The notes beneath the pieces are model-generated. The model was not told the origin of the DNA. It was given only the letters and a program-made list of their open reading frames with translations, and did not search any database. The position numbers were made by a program, and so were the translations under genes. Source: Eledone cirrhosa (taxonomy: Eukaryota). Taken from it: a stretch of DNA of 64,000 nucleotides. Within the stretch, counting starts at the first letter, position 1. Each line of letters opens with the position of its first letter. Where the stretch lies: contig OZ024741.1 in the NCBI GenBank assembly GCA_964016885.1, positions 52,948,001 through 53,012,000 of the forward strand, read 5' to 3'. This document shows, in pieces, positions 56,821-64,000 of the stretch.

Positions 56821-56980
56821 TTCCAAATTCATAGCTGAAGGCTTTCAAAATGCTTATTCGCAAACATCCTCAGTTCTAAACATGTGTATATTCGGTATGG
56901 AGTACCGTTGTTAACTGCGCTTACCCCCCCCCCCCCCCCCCGACACAATTCGGGAACACCCAAATATTATATATATATAA

Positions 56981-57035
<55 letters not shown>

Positions 57036-57037
<2 letters not shown>

Positions 57038-57728
57038 AATGAAAGGTATAGAAAACATTCTAGCGAAAAGCCAACAGTATTCCATAATATATAAGTGACT
57101 ATAGCGTCAAAATGGGAAAAATAGTTAACGTAAGATGTGGGAAAAATAATTCAAACTCATCTCAAAGAGGATCAGGATATAGGTTCATCCACAGAATTTA
57201 GTGAAATCCAGGGGAAAATCAATAGAGCCTTAACTCATGATAAAATAAAGTTTAAAATACTCATCCTTCAATTTGGAAAAACTTCAAATGCTCTGTATAG
57301 TCTTAAAGACTATTTGACGAAAAATTTCAGTGGAGATGGTCACGGTTGGAATTCGATCCTCAGCAGAGCTCAACTCGATAACCAAGATTCTCACAGATAA
57401 TATGCCAAAAAGGGAATTTAAAACAGGATAGTTCACCATCATGCGTGATTATGAAAAATAAAACGCACAGGAGGAAAGACAGTGCTGGTGACGTCAGAAT
57501 GAGACGAATGTTTGTTTACAAGAAACAACAGTAAATAAACATTCCGAAAAAAAACTCTACAATAAGGAGTTTAGCAAAAAGCAATATTATCGCGGTTTTT
57601 TATAAAAAAATACCGGGATTAGTCACAAATAGTTTAAGCACTCTAGGAAAGAAATCCGAGTATAAATATATAAATGAAAGGTATAGAAAACATTGTAGCG
57701 AAAAGCCAACAGTATTCCATAATATATA
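57036..57728 (+). mobile_element. Short PLE-like unit bounded by 58-bp direct repeats
   Basis: TAAATGAAAGGTATAGAAAACATT(C/G)TAGCGAAAAGCCAACAGTATTCCATAATATATA at 57036 and 57671; decayed ORF start and an HHR relic (57486-57510) between; flanked by (TA)n. Confidence 0.6.
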
Positions 57729-58129
57729 TATATATATATATGCCTAAGGTATAAAATGGATGGAAATTAGGTTAAACAGAAATATGTGGTGTGTAGGCGG
57801 GATGGGAAAATAGGTGATGATGGTGGTGGCGCGGTGTATTGTAATGGGTGTGGTGGTGGTATCTGAGGAAATAGGCTAAGATCGATAATCATAAACCCTT
57901 GCCGAGCCCACGTGTTATTGAATAATATCTGAAGCAAGAACAAGAACAGCAACAACATCTACATGAACAGCATGAAGGTAACAATAACAACAGTATCAAC
58001 GGCAACGAAAACAGAAAGTTAACAACAACAGCAACATCAAATACATCAACATTACATTCATATAACATAAAACAACAACTGCAATAGCGAAAATATCGAC
58101 ATCCCGTTAAGATCACATTAAATCAAAGT

Positions 58130-58351
58130 AACAACAACAATAACAACAACAACACAACTACTATATAGTAACAATAACAACAAAACAACTACTACATAGT
58201 AACAACAGTAACAACAACACAACTACTATGCAGTAACAACAACAACAACAACAACAACAGCAACAGCAACACAACTACTATATAGTAACAACAACAACAA
58301 AACAACTACTACATAGTAACAACAGTAACAACAACACAACTACTATGCAGT

Positions 58352-58382
<31 letters not shown>

Positions 58383-58860
58383 GCAACACAACTACTATAT
58401 AGTAACAACAACAACAAAACAACTACTACATAGTAACAACAGTAACAACAACACAACTACTATGCAGTAACAACAACAACAACAACAACAGCAACAGCAA
58501 CACAACTACTATATAGTAACAACAACAACAAAACAACTACTACATAGTAACAACAGTAACAACAACACTACTACTATATAATAACACAAAACAACTACTA
58601 CATAGTAACAACAACACTACTACTATATAATAACACAAAACAACTACTACATAGTAACAACAATAACAAAAACAACACAACTACTATGTAGTAACAACAA
58701 CAACAACAACAACAACATCAACACAACTACTATATAGTAACAACAACAACAACAACAACAACAGCAACACAACTACTACATAGTAACAACAACAACACAA
58801 CTACTACATAGTAACAACAATAACAACAATAAAAACAACACCAACAACAACAATAACTAT
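58130..58860. repeat. Higher-order minisatellite built from AAC/TAC/AGT units (~115-bp period)
   Basis: Subunit order ACTACTATATAGT, ACTACTACATAGT, ACTACTATGCAGT repeats about 3.5 times, then decays. Confidence 0.9.
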
Positions 58861-59171
58861 ACCAGCACCAAGGTAAACGACTAGAAAGAATGTCGGTTAA
58901 TTTTAAGTTCAATGAGTACAACATTGGTCCACAGGTAGAGGGAGGGGTTGGAGAAATGTACAGGAAAACTCCCCCCTAACACCCCACCCCCACCCCGCAA
59001 AATAAATCAAATATCAAAAAATAATTATGAAATATAAAACAAAAACAAAGAAACAACGGCAAACAAACCCAAAACAAGGCTTAATAGACCCCAAGGGGGC
59101 CTCAAGTAGTGATGATGGTGTGTTCATGTTACATCTGTATAGAGGGCGTGGTGGTGGGTGGAGATGTTTTA

Positions 59172-59210
<39 letters not shown>

Positions 59211-59500
59211 GTCGGCCCTTGTGGCTAATAAATGAAATCATAATTATTATTAATATGATGATGATGATGATGATGGAGAAGAAGATGATGACGACGATGA
59301 TAATGATGATGATGAAGCTGACGATCAAATGATGATTTTGACGATGATGAAGACGATGATGTTGATGATGATGATGATGAAGAAGAAGAAGAAGAAGAAG
59401 AAGAAGAAGAAGAAGAAGAAGAAGAAGAAGACGATGATGCTGATGATAATGACGGTGATGATGAGAATCATGGTGGTGTGAATTGATGCTACGTTCGTAT

Positions 59501-59712
59501 TGCTGCAGCTTCTTCAGCTGAGAATGGTGTTACTGCTGCTGGTGATGCTGGTGCTGTCACTGTTGTTCTTACTACTGCTGCTGGTGATGGTGTTGCTGCA
59601 GCTTCTTCAGCTGAGAATGGTGTTACTGCTGCTGGTGATGCTGGTGTTGTCACTGTTGCTCTTACTACTGCTGCTGGTGATGCTGGTGGTGGTGTCACTG
59701 CTGCTGGTGATG
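59501..59712. repeat. 93-bp tandem duplication in a (GCT/GGT/GAT)-rich tract
   Basis: TGCTGCAGCTTCTTCAGCTGAGAATGG at 59501 and 59594. Confidence 0.9.
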
Positions 59713-59849
59713 GTGCAGGTGATAACGATGACATTTATAGTAATATATTGAATGAGGATAGTAGGAAGTAGATAAGGATGTTGAAGATGAGGATACGATT
59801 GACATTGGGGGATACAAGTCAGGATGTTGATGAGTTGTAGTAATAGGGT

Positions 59850-59875
59850 TAGTAGTAGTAGCAATAGTGGTGATG

Positions 59876-59918
<43 letters not shown>

Positions 59919-59920
59919 CG

Positions 59921-59954
<34 letters not shown>

Positions 59955-60111
59955 AAGTGATGGTAATGGTAGTAGTGGTGGTGGTAGTCGTAGTAATAAT
60001 GGTAGTAGTAGTAGTAGTAGTAAGTAGTAGTAGCAGCAGCAGTAGTAGTGTGGTAGTGGCGGCGGTAGGGGTAGAAGTAGTAGCAGTAGTAGCAGTAGCA
60101 GCAGCAGCAAC

Positions 60112-60161
<50 letters not shown>

Positions 60162-60180
60162 CGTGGTGGTGGTGGTGGTA
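59850..60180. repeat. (TAG)n/(TGG)n compound microsatellite
   Basis: Direct reading. Confidence 0.9.
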
Positions 60181-60459
60181 AGGAAATGAACGAGCGGATG
60201 GATGATTTTAACCATCGTGTAGGGATTGGGGTGGGTTCGATTGACGGGTGGACGGGTAGACCGGTGGATGGGTAGACGGGTGGATGGGTAGATGACAACT
60301 GTTTGGTAGATGGCGCTTGTTGGTAAAGAGTTAATATTAGCGAAGTAAAATAACATTTGATATTTGAAATGTTAAAAACAAGATGGCAAGAAAATAAGCG
60401 TAAAATCACGCACTGAATAAAGAAAAATATGAACTCATGAATAAATATAAATAAAGCAC

Positions 60460-60504
<45 letters not shown>

Positions 60505-61225
60505 GTGATGATGTTACTATTGATATTGATTTTTAATTCAGGCACGAGGTCAGTAAATTTGAATGGGAAGGGAGAAGTTGATTAAATCATTTTCCTGAAA
60601 TTCGAATGCTACTTCATCGCATCAGCCTGGTTGAATGAAAAGCAAAGTTTGCTATTGATGGCTTTTACATTAGGAGTTCCCACGTCGTAGGGATAGTTCA
60701 AGCTAATGTTGTTTATGTCTCTAGAGACGCGCGCACCATTCCTAATGTTTGTAGCACCTTAAAGATCCCGGTGTCAAAAATCTTCCCTACCCTCCCAATA
60801 CCATCACTTCGTGCTGTGACGGCCATTATTTCCTCATTGGCCTTCCTCACACGAAGTTTGGGTGAGCTGATATTTGGTGCTTCATCTGTGTGTCTGATTG
60901 CTTGTGGTTTTCTTGTGTATGTTTCCTTTTAGCTGTGGTAAGTTGGGTTTTGGTATGTTTTTGGTGCTGTTGCTGGTGTTTGTATTGGCGGCTATAGTAA
61001 TGATGAGGTTGTTGATTTTACAAATGGGTTTGGTGTGGGTGAGTGTGTCTTGTGTTTTCCTGAGTACGTATTGTTGTATGGCAGAATATAATTTTTTATA
61101 TTTTGTATGTCTTTCTTTGCGACTTTGGTGTTTTGGTGTTCCTCTTCCTCTTCACTGGGAGATGAGGATGTACCTGCGTTTGACAAATGTAATTTGGATG
61201 GCGGTGCAAATGTGTCTGCTTGCGG

Positions 61226-61790
61226 AATTTTTATAATTTTCTTATTTTACGTCTTTCATATTATTGTTCTGCATCCCCTTGCATTGGACCACAAAGTTAC
61301 TAAGACAAAACCTATATATTTGCTAGCATAGGTATGCATCTGTATATATATATGTTAGTAGATATACTAATTCTTTATAATTATCTCCAAATTATTTTGT
61401 TGAGCAAAAATTTGCCAAAACTGCTACTATAGTTCATAGTAATGGTTCGGCTGCTGTCTTCTTAACACACCACTCCTCACTGATTAACCTCGATGTCACG
61501 TGATTGATTCTTTTGAATTTGCCACCGACGGAGTAGGCAGTGATTTTTTCAATGTCTTGGAACTTAGTCCACGCTTTGCTTTTTTCTATCCACTGAATTA
61601 TTTTTTTATAAGTTCCCTGTGTCCACGCATTGCCTGGAAACTTAGCTGAGAATAGACTTCCCTGATGACGAAAGGATTTCTCCGTGTGTTTCTTCGGAAA
61701 CAATGTTTATTCCCTTTCAGAAACTAATTAGCTGGAGTGAAATTTTAGTAAGTTAATTTTTATAATTTTCTTATTTTACGTCTTTCATAT
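61226..61790 (-). mobile_element. Short insert with 36-bp direct repeats, probably a PLE 3' remnant
   Basis: AATTTTTATAATTTTCTTATTTTACGTCTTTCATAT at 61226 and 61755; interior translates WTKFQDIEKITAYSVGGK (like a PLE EN C-terminus). Confidence 0.5.
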
Positions 61791-61869
61791 ATATATATAT
61801 ATATGCGCGCGCGCGTGTGTGTGTGTGTGTGTTTAGACGGTGCAGAGAGAGGGAGAGAGAGAGTGAAAG

Positions 61870-62460
61870 AAGGGAGAGGGTTACTTCTTTGCGAGAACCC
61901 TAGGTGTTTCTTACGATCTCTGTTGTGGTTCTTTCTTTTGTTGGTGGTAGTAGTGGTAGAGCTTGTACTACTGCTGATGGGGCTCTTGTGTTGGCAACAA
62001 GGGGTGCTGTAGTTCCCTGTCTTCTGTTGATGGCAAAACGCTCTCAAGTGGCCAGTCGCGCCACACAGATTGCAATGAGGCTTTCTGCCATCAACCGCAT
62101 AATGTAATACCACTCCTCATTGATGGTGAATGAGGTCTGGGGTCATGGGGATGTTATCTGGTTTGATATGGAGGGGCTTTTCCACACTGTTCCAAGACCA
62201 ATATTCCCGCATAGTTCGTCACCATTTGAGGAGGATGTCACTTCCATATAATGCATTGTCGGCAAAGAGCGACCAGTTATTCCCCTTTGGTGGGTTCTCT
62301 GAAATCCTAGCCCCTACCATTCGTCTACCTGAATATGACGACTAGAGAACATATTTGCCTCTTCTGGAGGTTGCCACACAATGTTTGACGGCCTGGGCTT
62401 CACTCTTAAAGAGTTTGTTTTTATTTTCTTTTGCGGACGAAACTTCTTCGTTAACCATCT
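61870..62460 (-). mobile_element. LINE ORF1/gag-like remnant with CCHC zinc knuckle (L1/Tx1-like)
   Basis: CNLCGATGHLRAFC fits CX2CX4HX4C. Confidence 0.65.
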
Positions 62461-62662
62461 TTTTTTAGGGACTTGTTTGAAAGATATACATGGGTTTACC
62501 TTTTAAAGGCTCAGATAGAGAACAATTAACCAGCTGAAGAGGGTTAGTTACTTTATCTTTAAAAGAATACCAAATGTTCAGCAAAATATGTTGGATAACA
62601 ATGGGAATAACAACACATTTACGAGAACAATTTGTAACACATGTCGATTGATGAAGAAACAA

Positions 62663-62733
<71 letters not shown>

Positions 62734-62743
62734 CAGCAGCAGC

Positions 62744-62815
<72 letters not shown>
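62663..62815. repeat. (TAA)n-(TAG)n microsatellite
   Basis: Direct reading. Confidence 0.95.
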
Positions 62816-62816
<1 letters not shown>

Positions 62817-62859
62817 AATCCATTCGAGTATTCCAAATTTAAATTAGTAAATAACAAAA

Positions 62860-63540
62860 ATGAATTAAATGGACAGGTGAAGAATACAACGAAGAAATGT
62901 AAGCATTCTAATACCACATGGAAAAATCAACGACAAAATGAAACTAATGATAGATGAAGATTTGGAGAAATAGGTAAATCCCGATCAAGTAGCAAATATA
63001 GGAAGGAACATAATTACAAAGAGAAGATTTGCTTCAGCGGAATAAACAACTACAGAAAAGATTAGATGAACTAACCAAAGAGAAGAAACCCAAGTTACTA
63101 TCTCATTGCTCCAACAGGATCAAATAAAGCAACAGATTGAAAATATGGGGAATGGTATTTGGAAGCAAAATTACAATTTAGAAATGACTAAAGTGAATGC
63201 TAGAAATGATTAGTAGAAAATGATTGCTAGAAAAGGACTAATTTCTGAAAGATAATTCTGAAAATATGGAAAGCATAAAGGGAGAATTTACGAATAAATT
63301 TGCCAAAGTAAGCAACACAAACATGATAGTAAGGAAATCAATAAAAACATAAATAATGCGGATGGGAAAAGCTGCAATATAAAACTCTTAATACGACTAA
63401 ATTTAATCTGTCTGAACTTAATCAAATGACCTATGCCTCAACCAAATGTACAAATAAGAAAAAAAAGGAAATATATTTTAAGCAAAACGAAATGTTTGAA
63501 GCCAATGTTAAAACATTTTATTGAGAGATAGAAATATAGC
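62860..63540 (+). mobile_element. R4/Dong-like N-terminal fragment
   Basis: Decayed translations FNLSELNQMTYAS and QNEMFEANVKTFY resemble R4/Dong pre-RT motifs. Confidence 0.45.
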
Positions 63541-64000
63541 CAATGACAGTTGATAAAATACGATTGACAAAGTATTTTGAACAATTGTGAACTATCAGCT
63601 GAACTAACATCTAGTGTGACCAAAAAGGCCACAGTGAGAATGTTGAATGGATACACTTTATAGAACGGGAAAACAGCGAAGTACGAGAAGAATGGGAAAA
63701 TGTAATAGAAAGTAGAACCGAGGGCATAAGGTTCTCCTGCTAATATTAGATCTGCTGTAATACCTTCAATGGTGACACATGACAACTATGCCCTCTGAAG
63801 TGAAACCTACGAGTCAATGGTAGTCAATGATAGTGACCTGTTCTCCTTTGTGTACAGCTGTCAGCGTTGTGCAGAAATTGAGATTGGTCTAGTGCAATGC
63901 CTTTCTTCAGGTAAAAAAGCATTAAACACGGGAAGTATTTCATGAGGATGGCAGACCGTAGCCAAAAAGTCAGTGTTTATTTCGAAGCTCCATATGCAGA

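Noticed and set aside
58130-58860. CRISPR-like repeat-spacer look
   Set aside because: The 'spacers' are AAC runs, not unique sequence; eukaryotic context and no cas genes.
59489-59734. 81-aa Ala/Pro/Thr mucin-like ORF
   Set aside because: Product of a 93-bp duplication in trinucleotide-rich DNA; no splice or homology evidence.

Overview
Eukaryotic, AT-rich, microsatellite-saturated DNA. It is most consistent with an octopus/coleoid cephalopod genome (inferred from the repeat landscape and a molluscan-type receptor; not verified). Only one host gene is supportable: a 468-aa 5-HT1-type serotonin GPCR on the minus strand (52204-53610) with an uninterrupted CDS. It has a splice acceptor 17 nt upstream of the ATG and a candidate promoter island about 3 kb upstream (CTCF-consensus site, CRE-like sites, TATA). 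The rest is mobile-element debris: a young non-autonomous LTR element (1983-4788) in a (TATC)n tract, apparently carrying an antisense THAP-like relic; decayed RTE, R4/Dong and L1/Tx1 LINEs; about 12 copies of a tRNA-derived SINE; a Helitron-type 3' end; and two large plus many small Penelope-like elements (PLEs). The most striking pattern is more than ten minimal hammerhead-ribozyme (HHR) motifs. One looks intact (26199-26241, minus). Several form short fold-back units with a hammerhead core on each strand, between about 39 and 49 kb. Most ORFs in the supplied track are microsatellite artefacts. Repeat boundaries were read by eye and are approximate.
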